Virus record (IMG/VR): IMGVR_UViG_3300033692_000022
Source: a virus
Lineage: Duplodnaviria; Heunggongvirae; Uroviricota; Caudoviricetes
Direction: 5' to 3' (one strand)
Length of the DNA stretch: 64,000 nt
The notes under the pieces are model-generated. The model was not told where the DNA came from. It saw nothing but the letters and a program-made list of their open reading frames with translations, and did no database searches. The first letter of the stretch is position 1, and every line of letters starts with the position of its first letter. This document shows, piece after piece, positions 55,440-63,372 of the stretch. The position numbers and the translations under genes are program-made.

Positions 55440-55674
55440 TAAAAAGATACTGAAGAAAAAAGCTAAATGTGACGAATACTTCCCCTGCCCTCTCTGCTAT
55501 CGCTGTATGGCAGAAAGCTCTCACAATCCTAAATGTAAGGACTGCAAAGCCGGTAACTGCAAGCATAATGACGAGCAGCGGGCAAAGCTAATTAAAAGAG
55601 AAAACTTTAGACTAAATGTTAACGATGATGTTAAAGAAGCTATCAAAAATATGGAGGGTGAGCAATGTACGTAA
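55426..55674 (+). CDS. Cys-rich zinc-ribbon-like small protein
   Basis: CDEYFPCPLCYRCMAESSHNPKCKDCKAGNCKHND has 8 Cys in 35 residues. Confidence 0.3.
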   Translation: MFKSNKKILKKKAKCDEYFPCPLCYRCMAESSHNPKCKDCKAGNCKHNDEQRAKLIKRENFRLNVNDDVKEAIKNMEGEQCT

Positions 55675-56222
55675 GAAATTTAGGAACTAAAGGAAACTGG
55701 CGTGAAGTAGCAGATGCCGCAAGGACTACAATAGGTATGGAAGCAGGTTCTGGTGAACCGTCTTCTGAATGGAAAAGAAGGATTTTAAAAGCAGAACACT
55801 CTCCTATTCGCTTACTTAAATTTAAGTGGCAGTGGGTAGACCTAAAAAGCTGGATCTCTGTTCACTTTGTCAGACATAAGTTTGGCATAGAACACTTCGT
55901 AAGAAGTCAGCGCAATGACAGACAGGATGAATATGACAGGGACTCTGCTCCTCAATCGACTCTTATAACACACGAGGCCGAAGCTAATGCTCAGGCTATT
56001 ATAAACATCTCTCGTAAAAGACTCTGCGGGCAAAGCCATGCAGAAACAGCTAGCGCCTGGATAGAATTTTTAGAGACAGTTATTAAACCAAATGAGCCAG
56101 AGCTATATGATGTTTGTGTTAGGGAATGTATATACCGTGGAACATGTACTGAAATGGAATCTTGTGGTTATGATATGAGTACTGATTATTTAAGGGAAGT
56201 CGAAAGATATCAAATGTATTAA
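55665..56222 (+). CDS. thyX: Flavin-dependent thymidylate synthase ThyX-like (short form)
   Basis: EHSPIRLLKFKWQWVDLKSWISVHFVRHKFGIEHFVRSQR gives the ThyX H-E-S and RHR-x7-8-S-x-R signature with K replacing the third R. At 185 aa it is shorter than typical ThyX (approximately 220 aa). Confidence 0.5.
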   Translation: MYVRNLGTKGNWREVADAARTTIGMEAGSGEPSSEWKRRILKAEHSPIRLLKFKWQWVDLKSWISVHFVRHKFGIEHFVRSQRNDRQDEYDRDSAPQSTLITHEAEANAQAIINISRKRLCGQSHAETASAWIEFLETVIKPNEPELYDVCVRECIYRGTCTEMESCGYDMSTDYLREVERYQMY

Positions 56223-56256
56223 ATAATAGGAGTTGAACTAATTGGAAGACAAGAAA

Positions 56257-56421
56257 ATGATTGTTAAGACTTATGATTATAAACGAGTTAAGGAAAATGC
56301 TGAAAAGTATCATGATGCCAGAGATCTCTTAACTGAGATTAAGGAATATATAGATGCAGGAACTATTGAAATAGAACAGGATAGAATAGTTTCCGAAATA
56401 GACAGATTAATCAAAAATTAA
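56257..56421 (+). CDS. Small hypothetical protein (54 aa), absent from the ORF track
   Basis: Ribosome-binding site AGGAG upstream. MIVKTYDYKRVKENAEKYHDARDLLTEIKEYIDAGTIEIEQDRIVSEIDRLIKN. Alternative TTG start at 56243. Confidence 0.25.
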   Translation: MIVKTYDYKRVKENAEKYHDARDLLTEIKEYIDAGTIEIEQDRIVSEIDRLIKN

Positions 56422-56439
56422 AGGAGGAATTTATTAATT

Positions 56440-56655
56440 ATGACATTAGAAGATATTGTAGGAAAGAAAGTTGAGACTATTACTAAGGGACAAAACGGTG
56501 GATACTGGGTTGTATTAGAAGACGGAAGTGCAGTAGGCTTCTCCCCTTCTATGCGTCAGATCGACAATAACACATTTAATCTAGCTTTAGATATTAACTC
56601 TCTGCCTGCAAAAGGTACTACTCCAGATGCTAATGCAGAAAAAGCTGATATCTAA
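56440..56655 (+). CDS. Small hypothetical protein
   Basis: 71-aa ORF with ribosome-binding site AAGGAGGAATTTATTAATTATG. Confidence 0.3.
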   Translation: MTLEDIVGKKVETITKGQNGGYWVVLEDGSAVGFSPSMRQIDNNTFNLALDINSLPAKGTTPDANAEKADI

Positions 56656-57062
56656 TGAGAATACTACATGTTAAGGTTGACAGCAACCTGCCCTCGGACA
56701 TCAAAGAAACAGTAAGGTCCGGGGTGCAGGAAATGTTTAATGGTAAGAATGTAAAGTCAATGATAACTCAGGATGATGATGTTGAGATCTCTTTTTTAGA
56801 TACCAACGTCCTCTCCGAGATTAAATCAGAGCTCGAGGAAATAAAGGAGCTCTTAAAATATCCACCTATTGTCGTAAACGATAACCCTAACCGCAAAGAT
56901 GATTTTCCGCCTGATTTCAGCAAGGAATTACAGAGGCAGCTTAAAGAACTTGAAAAATTGGATGAAGGTGAGGTTCCAGTTGATCCTCTTCCCAGGCAAC
57001 CTTTTAAGGAAAACGACATGATGTATTTCCATAATGAAGTAACAAGTGATGGAGGTGAGTAA
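56655..57062 (+). CDS. Hypothetical acidic protein
   Basis: 135-aa ORF whose start overlaps the upstream stop (TAATG). Confidence 0.3.
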   Translation: MRILHVKVDSNLPSDIKETVRSGVQEMFNGKNVKSMITQDDDVEISFLDTNVLSEIKSELEEIKELLKYPPIVVNDNPNRKDDFPPDFSKELQRQLKELEKLDEGEVPVDPLPRQPFKENDMMYFHNEVTSDGGE

Positions 57063-57326
57063 ATGAAAAAATTCGAAGATGTAGTTGGCAAATCAGTACA
57101 GACTAAATTAGATAGAGATGCAGCTTACGGAGAAAGCGATTTAAAACCAACACAGGGTAACCTTGAGGAAGGCCCACTACCGCCAAGCGGTGCTATTAAA
57201 TGCAGGTTATGTGGGGAGCCTATTTATATTAAACCGAAAGCACCTGTTTATAGATGGGAAGTAGCAAACGCTGCTCATGTTACATGTGCTAAGAAGTATG
57301 CTGATGAACAAAATAAAGGGGACTAA
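57063..57326 (+). CDS. Small Cys-containing (zinc-ribbon-like) protein
   Basis: KCRLCGEPIYIKPKAPVYRWEVANAAHVTCAKKY. Ribosome-binding site GGAGGTGAGTAAATG. Confidence 0.3.
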   Translation: MKKFEDVVGKSVQTKLDRDAAYGESDLKPTQGNLEEGPLPPSGAIKCRLCGEPIYIKPKAPVYRWEVANAAHVTCAKKYADEQNKGD

Positions 57327-57356
57327 GAGGCAATGCCTCTCCCCTTTTAAGGGGGA
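57327..57356 (+). terminator. Tandem hairpins GAGGC-aat-GCCTC and CCCCtttaGGGG after the zinc-ribbon gene (terminator candidate)
   Basis: Perfect 5-bp GC stem immediately after the stop, then a CCCCTTTTAAGGGG stem-loop with a T tract. Confidence 0.4.
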
Positions 57357-57361
57357 ATTAC

Positions 57362-57754
57362 ATGAAGGAACTAGTTTATAAATACCTAAAAGAGGTAGAG
57401 GAATATACGAAGACAATGGCCAGATTTGGTTTTAATAGCTTAAATGTTTTAAACTTACCGGGTCTACATAATCATCCCGGCCCTCTTGATAATCAGGGTA
57501 GTTATGAAGTCTTTTATTTGAGAAGAAGAGCAGGCAAACTCGAGGCAATAGCTTTCGTAAGTGATAAAAAAATTAAATACAATATAGAAGATATTTATGT
57601 TATTGATATTATGGCTCAGGATAAAGGGATACATGTAGTCTCTGGACTTATAGATCAGTACAACGACCCGTCAGTTTTAGGAAACAGTATTCATTTTGAT
57701 GTGGTAAGTGATAGAGATACTCTGGAGGAATTATTTGATATAGAGATAGTATAG
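57362..57754 (+). CDS. Hypothetical early protein, KYLxEVE N-terminal family member
   Basis: MKELVYKYLKEVEEYTK shares the N-terminal motif with the 57754, 58415 and 61747 genes. Confidence 0.3.
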   Translation: MKELVYKYLKEVEEYTKTMARFGFNSLNVLNLPGLHNHPGPLDNQGSYEVFYLRRRAGKLEAIAFVSDKKIKYNIEDIYVIDIMAQDKGIHVVSGLIDQYNDPSVLGNSIHFDVVSDRDTLEELFDIEIV

Positions 57755-58434
57755 TGGGGGTGTATGTTATGGATAAAGATTTAATAAAAAAATATTTAGA
57801 AGAAGTAGAAGGATTAGATTACGAAAATGTTAAGGCTGATAGGTACTTTATTTTCCACGATAAGAGATTTAAGCTCAGAGAAATAGAAACAGTAACTACA
57901 GATAACAGGCGACAACGGGCAGAATATAACGCTCTATTCGGTACTATGGGGTACCACGAACCAATGGTGAGTTTTACCATGAACTTTACCTTTACCGAAG
58001 AAGGCACAAGGGATAGATACGAAATAGAAGTCTCTTTTGATAATGAAAGACTATACGAGAGAGTAATGAATATCTTAAACGAGTATTATGCTGGTGAGAT
58101 TACAAAGTTAGGTAGCGACATAGACCTAAGTCCATATGTAAGACAGATTAATGTAGCACCTTATTGCACTGTTGATACAATCTGGACTACTCCTTCTATT
58201 GATGATAGCTCAGTTCATACGGGAGAAATAAGTGTCGGTGAACCATTAACACGAGAAAACATAATGGCACATACACATATAGACGAAGATAACTTCAATC
58301 CCGATGTCTATGTTGCTGGTGGTGCTAATGTAAGTATGGAAGCCCCAATAGAGGAAGATTTAAGAGTGGATTTAGAAGAGTTTCAACGACAGATAATGGG
58401 GTCTTTTACAGTGCGTGGTGATAATATTGAATAG
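57754..58434 (+). CDS. Hypothetical early protein, KYLxEVE N-terminal family member
   Basis: DLIKKYLEEVEGLDYENV. 226 aa. Confidence 0.3.
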   Translation: MGVYVMDKDLIKKYLEEVEGLDYENVKADRYFIFHDKRFKLREIETVTTDNRRQRAEYNALFGTMGYHEPMVSFTMNFTFTEEGTRDRYEIEVSFDNERLYERVMNILNEYYAGEITKLGSDIDLSPYVRQINVAPYCTVDTIWTTPSIDDSSVHTGEISVGEPLTRENIMAHTHIDEDNFNPDVYVAGGANVSMEAPIEEDLRVDLEEFQRQIMGSFTVRGDNIE

Positions 58435-58876
58435 CTTAATAGATAAATACTTAATAGAAGTAGAAAAAAAGAACCCCGGTAAAGTTTATGCTCAAATGAA
58501 TATGCCGCTTAAAGCAAGAGATGTAAGATTCAGTCCTGGAGATATAAAAGAGATATATGCTAACTTTGATTGCGATATAAGTGGGATGGCCCAGATAGAA
58601 TTTGAGGTAGTCAGGGATAGTAAAAAGTACAACATATTACTTCAAATTAGCCAGCCACCTATAGAAAACGAGGAACTGGTAATACAGGAATTAACAAACA
58701 GAAAATTCTTCGACCAGCCGACAATGGAATTAAGTATTGAAGTAGTTTTAGATAACTATGTAACTCAGATATATGAATCCGAAGTAGAAACAAATGAAAA
58801 ACAAGAAAATATAACAGAAAAAACTATCAGAGAGATAGTAGAGGAAATTTTCGATGAGGCAAGGGAGCAATTATAA
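58415..58876 (+). CDS. Hypothetical early protein, KYLxEVE N-terminal family member
   Basis: LIDKYLIEVEKKNPGKVY. 153 aa. Confidence 0.3.
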   Translation: MVIILNSLIDKYLIEVEKKNPGKVYAQMNMPLKARDVRFSPGDIKEIYANFDCDISGMAQIEFEVVRDSKKYNILLQISQPPIENEELVIQELTNRKFFDQPTMELSIEVVLDNYVTQIYESEVETNEKQENITEKTIREIVEEIFDEAREQL

Positions 58877-59370
58877 TGAAAAGATCTCTTATAAAAGCCT
58901 ACAAAGAAGTATTCAATGAGGACGAAGGAGTATTTATCGACGATATCTTTTATAAATATGAGGATATGCACATCGATTCTTATGAACTTGTTTTAATAAG
59001 AAATCCAAAGGAAATAAAACACCACATAGACCTTGCTATTTATAGAGGTGGCAACGAATACTTTGTGGTTGAGCTCTTACTTAAAACTGTTAAGTTTATC
59101 AAACTTTTAGACAGACTGGAAAATACAGATGAACTCTTAAATAATATAGCTTACGAACTTGAGCACACTGGCCGCAGCTTGTATTCAGAAAGAAACTATA
59201 CAAGAACGGTAGACAGGATTTATGATAAATGTTTGAAACAAGAAATAGACTTCAGTATCAGGTTCAATCAGGATGAAATCAGAGATAGAAACTTAATACA
59301 CCAGCTTAATATTAAATTCGATATGGAATACTCAACAGACAATCAAAATTACTATACTTACACATACTAA
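58876..59370 (+). CDS. Hypothetical early protein
   Basis: 164-aa ORF overlapping the upstream stop by 1 nt (TAATG). LIKAYKEVFNEDEG is a weak family match. Confidence 0.3.
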   Translation: MKRSLIKAYKEVFNEDEGVFIDDIFYKYEDMHIDSYELVLIRNPKEIKHHIDLAIYRGGNEYFVVELLLKTVKFIKLLDRLENTDELLNNIAYELEHTGRSLYSERNYTRTVDRIYDKCLKQEIDFSIRFNQDEIRDRNLIHQLNIKFDMEYSTDNQNYYTYTY

Positions 59371-59382
59371 AGAGGTGCAGAT

Positions 59383-60144
59383 ATGGAGTTTACAGTCAAA
59401 CAATTACAGGAATTTGGAAGATGCCCGTTAAAATATAAGTTCGGATTTGCTGATGATTTAAGATACCGCAAAGACAGAGATGAAGAACTTGCCGACTCTC
59501 TAAAATCAGCCACTACCTGGTTTTTCGATAAGGTAGAGATGGGAGTACCGCCCACAAAGAGAATGCTCAGACAAAAGTGGGGGAAGATATGGCATGACGG
59601 GAAGAATGTATACGACATATTATTTGACACCTCTTATAAATATGAAAGGCGCCGCAACATCAAGGGTATTAAAGTATTAGACAAGTTTTATGACAGATTC
59701 ATAGAAGATCCCGGGATAATAATCCTCAACAACTATCCCTTTGAGGTCCCAATAAAAGGGGGACATATCCTAAAGGGTAGGTTTGATGTGGTTAGAGAGA
59801 TAGATGACGGGACAAATAAGAAGTTAGAACTAATGAACTTCAGAAGTGATAAATATGCCCCACAGCTTAGAGTTAAAGAAAGAGATTTACTGCTTACAAT
59901 GCACGATTATGCCTTTAGGAAGACATTCGAACAAATCCCCGATCAACTAGCTTATTATGCTTTTAAAAACGACAGGCTCGAAGCGATAAGCCCAATGGAT
60001 GAAAAAAGATTCGCTCGTATGGAGGCTATGGTTAACAACATTGCTTCTATTGTAGAGCAGGAACTCTACTATCCGCGCTTCGACGAAAAACACTACATGT
60101 GCCGGCACTGTGATTATTCAACACTGTGCTCAAGATGGCGCTAA
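59383..60144 (+). CDS. Cas4-like PD-(D/E)XK nuclease with Fe-S-type Cys cluster (phage exonuclease)
   Basis: N-terminal Cys (EFGRCPLKYKF), core GRFDVVREIDDG...LELMNFRSDK (D-x-n-E-x-K), and C-terminal CRHCDYSTLC. One N-terminal plus three C-terminal Cys is the Cas4/RecB-family arrangement. Confidence 0.5.
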   Translation: MEFTVKQLQEFGRCPLKYKFGFADDLRYRKDRDEELADSLKSATTWFFDKVEMGVPPTKRMLRQKWGKIWHDGKNVYDILFDTSYKYERRRNIKGIKVLDKFYDRFIEDPGIIILNNYPFEVPIKGGHILKGRFDVVREIDDGTNKKLELMNFRSDKYAPQLRVKERDLLLTMHDYAFRKTFEQIPDQLAYYAFKNDRLEAISPMDEKRFARMEAMVNNIASIVEQELYYPRFDEKHYMCRHCDYSTLCSRWR

Positions 60145-60159
60145 TACGGAGGTGACACA

Positions 60160-60324
60160 ATGATTGAATTTAAGAATCCAGATGGTAAGAAAGTCATGGA
60201 AATGAATGATGAAGGCGAGAACAAAATTGTTGACCCAGAATACTTTAATGAAATAAGCGAAGAAAATGAAGGAAAATACAGAGTTGATGAAAGCGGGGAA
60301 ATCAAAGAAGTAGAATCTGAATAA
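60160..60324 (+). CDS. Small acidic protein (54 aa), absent from the ORF track
   Basis: Ribosome-binding site GGAGGTGACACAATG. MIEFKNPDGKKVMEMNDEGENKIVDPEYFNEISEENEGKYRVDESGEIKEVESE. Confidence 0.3.
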   Translation: MIEFKNPDGKKVMEMNDEGENKIVDPEYFNEISEENEGKYRVDESGEIKEVESE

Positions 60325-60337
60325 GGAGCTGAACTAA

Positions 60338-60850
60338 TTGATTATACTAGGGATTGACCCATCTACAGTCGCAACAGGATACTCAGTAATGGAGATAGAG
60401 GATCCAGGGGATCACTTCTCTCCTCTGGTCTTTTCTCCTACTGTTATTGAATACGGAGCTATTAAAACAAAAAGAAGTAACAGAATGTCTGATAGAATCA
60501 CAAAGATATACGATAACCTAGAGGATTTAATAGAGAAATACGAACCAGATATCGTAGTCTCTGAAGATCAGTACGGAGGCCGCGTAAACGCAGTAAAAGC
60601 CCTAAGTCACGTAAGAGGAGCAATCATGGTCTTATGTTCTAAGAGAGAACTTCCCCTCTATTTACTGGCACCAAGCCGCGTTAAAAAGACTATGACCGGC
60701 AAGGGTAACTGCAACAAACAGAAAGTAATAGAACATGTAAGCAGCAAATTTGGAATAGACGAAGATGATTTAACAAGCGATATGGCAGACGCTATAGCAA
60801 TAGCATATACCTACCTCTTTTTCGAAGACGATAAGCTACGCACCGCATAA
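60338..60850 (+). CDS. ruvC: RuvC-family Holliday junction resolvase
   Basis: MIILGIDPSTVATGYSVMEIED...DIVVSEDQYGG...DAIAIAYT matches the RuvC catalytic acidic residues and N-terminal signature. TTG start with AGGAGCTGAACTAATTG. Confidence 0.7.
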   Translation: MIILGIDPSTVATGYSVMEIEDPGDHFSPLVFSPTVIEYGAIKTKRSNRMSDRITKIYDNLEDLIEKYEPDIVVSEDQYGGRVNAVKALSHVRGAIMVLCSKRELPLYLLAPSRVKKTMTGKGNCNKQKVIEHVSSKFGIDEDDLTSDMADAIAIAYTYLFFEDDKLRTA

Positions 60851-60878
60851 CACAATACTCAAGGAGGCATATTTTAAA

Positions 60879-61670
60879 TTGGACGACAAAACATACACTT
60901 CAGAAGAAATCGAAGAACTAGTCTTTAATTATAAAGAGAGTGGGGAAAAGCAGAAGGCAGCTAAGGAGCTGCTGGACGCCTTCTTTCCTCTTCATAATAA
61001 ATACGTCAAGATACTAAAGAAAGGTACATGTAATGTTACAGACTCAGACACCAGAGGATTTCTGCACTTATGGATTGAAGATACTACAGAAAAGTACAAA
61101 TTCTTAAATAACTATAATACAGACTGGGCCAGAAGCTACGGAGCTAACATAGCCTCTTTCCTTACTGACCTATGTAAAACATTAAGTTATGATGACTTGT
61201 ACCAGGAACTCAGACTGATCACCCTAAAACTAGCAGATAGATATGAAGATATGGGTAAGTCTTTTCTTGCCTACATCAGTAAATCTTTTAAGTATGAGCT
61301 AAGAAGGAGCCTTAAGACTTTAATCGAGGACCCAGTTATTTATCTTCAAAACTATAATATGTATTATGATGATGAAGATGTTGAGTCTGGATTAAACGAT
61401 AGCTTTAACTCGGATACAAGACTTCAGTATAACGAGAAAGCATTCAGTATGGAATATAAACATCTGGGCCCTATGTGGCTGAAAGGTAAAACCTGCTCTG
61501 AAAAGTTTAAAGAACTCACTTTAGTGGAACGCAAGATTATTAAAATGTATTATTTAGATGGATTGCCAGATAAAGATATTGCAGAGGAGCTGGGCTATAG
61601 CCGCTCTTGGGTTAACTCTCTTCGCAAAGATATCGTAGAGAAATTAGAAGATGAAGAAAAAGTTTCTTAA
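60879..61670 (+). CDS. Phage-encoded sigma-70-family sigma factor
   Basis: Region 2-like LYQELRLITLKLADRYEDMGKSFLAYISKSFKYELRR and a region 4 HTH DKDIAEELGYSRSWVNSLRKDIVEKL. Confidence 0.5.
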   Translation: MDDKTYTSEEIEELVFNYKESGEKQKAAKELLDAFFPLHNKYVKILKKGTCNVTDSDTRGFLHLWIEDTTEKYKFLNNYNTDWARSYGANIASFLTDLCKTLSYDDLYQELRLITLKLADRYEDMGKSFLAYISKSFKYELRRSLKTLIEDPVIYLQNYNMYYDDEDVESGLNDSFNSDTRLQYNEKAFSMEYKHLGPMWLKGKTCSEKFKELTLVERKIIKMYYLDGLPDKDIAEELGYSRSWVNSLRKDIVEKLEDEEKVS

Positions 61671-61706
61671 TTTAGTAAATGAAATATAAAAATGTAATAA
61701 AAACGT

Positions 61707-61735
61707 TTGACATCTATGTTTCATTATGCTATAAT
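61707..61735 (+). promoter_or_regulatory. Second consensus sigma-70-type promoter (TTGACA–17 nt–TATAAT)
   Basis: ttgacaTCTATGTTTCATTATGCtataat, sharing the GTTTCAT spacer core with the 50163 promoter, 12 nt upstream of the nuclease gene ribosome-binding site region. Confidence 0.6.
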
Positions 61736-61746
61736 AAATATATCAG

Positions 61747-62472
61747 ATGGAAGGGGGAGACAAAATGCCTACAGAATTAGTTAGAGGTTATCTTGAAAAA
61801 GTAGAAGGATACGGCGAAGATTACAGTCTTGCTGATTTAATAAATAATAAACTCAGACAGGAAGAAATCTTTTCAGAACGCGATATGACGGTTTTCCACC
61901 CCTCTTCTGTTGGGTACTGCGCGAGAAAGGTGGCTGCCGACATGATCGGTACCTACCCTAAAGAACAGATTGAAGAAAGAATCTTAAGGGTATTTCAAAA
62001 CGGCCACTCTTCTCACGAAAGAATACAGAACTGGTTTAATGAGATGGGAATCATGGTCGAGGAAGAAAAGCGACTTACTGATGACGAACTCAATATAAAG
62101 GGTAACTGCGATGGGGTGCTTGAACTTGGTGATGATGGCCTATTTGTCTTAGAAATTAAGACTATAAGTGCCAAAGGCTATAGATACATTAAGGAGCCAA
62201 AACCAAAGCACTACGCACAGATACAGCTTTATATGCACCTTGCAGAAATCCATAAGGGGATTCTCTTTTACGAGTGCAAGGATGACCAGAGAATAAAAGA
62301 ATTTAAAGTCGAATATGACGAAGAATTTGTTGAAGAACTGATAGAAAAGATAAAATATATAAATGAATGTGTGGCTAACCGAGAGCTACCAGAAAGACAG
62401 TATGAGAAAAACAGCTTTGACTGCCGCTATTGTGAATACAGAGAAACAATATGCTGGCCAGACGAAGACTAA
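61747..62472 (+). CDS. Second Cas4-like PD-(D/E)XK nuclease with C-terminal Cys cluster. It also carries the YLEKVEG N-terminal motif.
   Basis: Core GNCDGVLELGDDGLFVLEIKTIS (D..E.K) with Q-h-x-x-Y (HYAQIQLYMH), CARKVAAD N-terminal Cys, and a C-terminal CRYCEYRETICW. Confidence 0.5.
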   Translation: MEGGDKMPTELVRGYLEKVEGYGEDYSLADLINNKLRQEEIFSERDMTVFHPSSVGYCARKVAADMIGTYPKEQIEERILRVFQNGHSSHERIQNWFNEMGIMVEEEKRLTDDELNIKGNCDGVLELGDDGLFVLEIKTISAKGYRYIKEPKPKHYAQIQLYMHLAEIHKGILFYECKDDQRIKEFKVEYDEEFVEELIEKIKYINECVANRELPERQYEKNSFDCRYCEYRETICWPDED

Positions 62473-62795
62473 CAAATTTACCAACACACATACCATGACA
62501 ATAAATCCTCGAAATAGGGAGTACCGACAATTAGCTTACCAGCTGGGTACTCCAAAAACTTAGCCGGGTCAACAATTAAATGGCTCAATGTTTGGTAAGC
62601 ACAAAGCCAGCCCGGTATTTTGTCGAAGAAGTTAGTAAGTCCACAGAACAAGTGGCATTGCTCAGAGAGCTATGGGGTTTACAATCGACTAAATATCGTA
62701 TCCTGCATATTGGGTTTTATTTAATTTTCCCCTCTATGCAGGACGATATAATACTTTCTTTATTCGTTATTGAATAAATTAGTTTGTTTCATATT

Positions 62796-63137
62796 GGGAA
62801 GGTGTGATGAGCCTTCCCTCTCCTTTCAAAATGGGATTAAGTAGTAGGAGGAGGTCTTGAAGGGTCCTCCTCCCTACGTAAACAACAGACTATACCAGTC
62901 TGCTGACATAGATTTATTGAATATATTTACTTATCCATTATTAGGGGAGGTCTATCCTCCCCACTCCTTAAGAAATCAACGGGCCTTGTAGTCCGATGAT
63001 ATAGATTTTCCTGAAAAGTTATTTTATATATGGGGGGGGGAGCTAATCTCTCCCTTCCTACAACAGCCACAGACCTTATGGTCTGTTGACATACATCTCC
63101 TAATTCCGCCCCTGAAATATTGGGGCGGTAATTTTAT
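62796..63137. repeat. GC-hairpin-rich intergenic region: five purine/pyrimidine (SD/anti-SD-like) hairpins plus two copies of a approximately 35-nt element containing a CAGAC-loop-GTCTG hairpin and TGACATA
   Basis: Hairpins at 62796–62818 (GGGAAGG/CCTTCCC), 62847–62873 (GGAGGAGG/CCTCCTCC), 62944–62962 (GGGGAGG/CCTCCCC), 63038–63054 (GGGAG/CTCCC) and 63106–63128 (CCGCCCC/GGGGCGG + TAATTTTAT). Repeat copies at 62882–62913 and 63062–63096. Confidence 0.5.
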
Positions 63138-63165
63138 CCCTAAAATATGAGAAAGAGGTGATTTA

Positions 63166-63372
63166 ATGGGATGGGGCGCAATGTTCATCTTCTTTATCTT
63201 ACTTATAATAATTGCAATATTACTACTTCTATTTGGCATAATGCCTAAGATCGGTGCAAAGTTTACTAAATATTTTAAGTGGGAAGAAGAGGATGTCGAT
63301 TACAACAAAGAACCAGACAATGCTGAGAAACCAGACACAGAAAAAGAAAATATCAAGGGGGAAACAATTTAA
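63166..63372 (+). CDS. Small membrane protein with an acidic C-terminal tail
   Basis: WGAMFIFFILLIIIAILLLLFGIM is a TM helix. Ribosome-binding site AGAGGTGATTTAATG. It lies directly upstream of, and abuts, the SPFH gene. Confidence 0.4.
   Translation: MGWGAMFIFFILLIIIAILLLLFGIMPKIGAKFTKYFKWEEEDVDYNKEPDNAEKPDTEKENIKGETI

Noticed and set aside
62363-62777. Small ORFs 62363..62563 and 62580..62777
   Set aside because: The first overlaps the 3' end of the nuclease gene in another frame. The second lies in a structured noncoding region with a long hairpin (62518–62553) and a terminator-like CCGGG/CCCGG stem. Neither has a ribosome-binding site.
63086-63115. TTGACA at 63086 as a sigma-70 promoter
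   Set aside because: There is no TATAAT-like −10 at 16–18 nt spacing (ccgccc follows). It was kept only as part of the repeated element.
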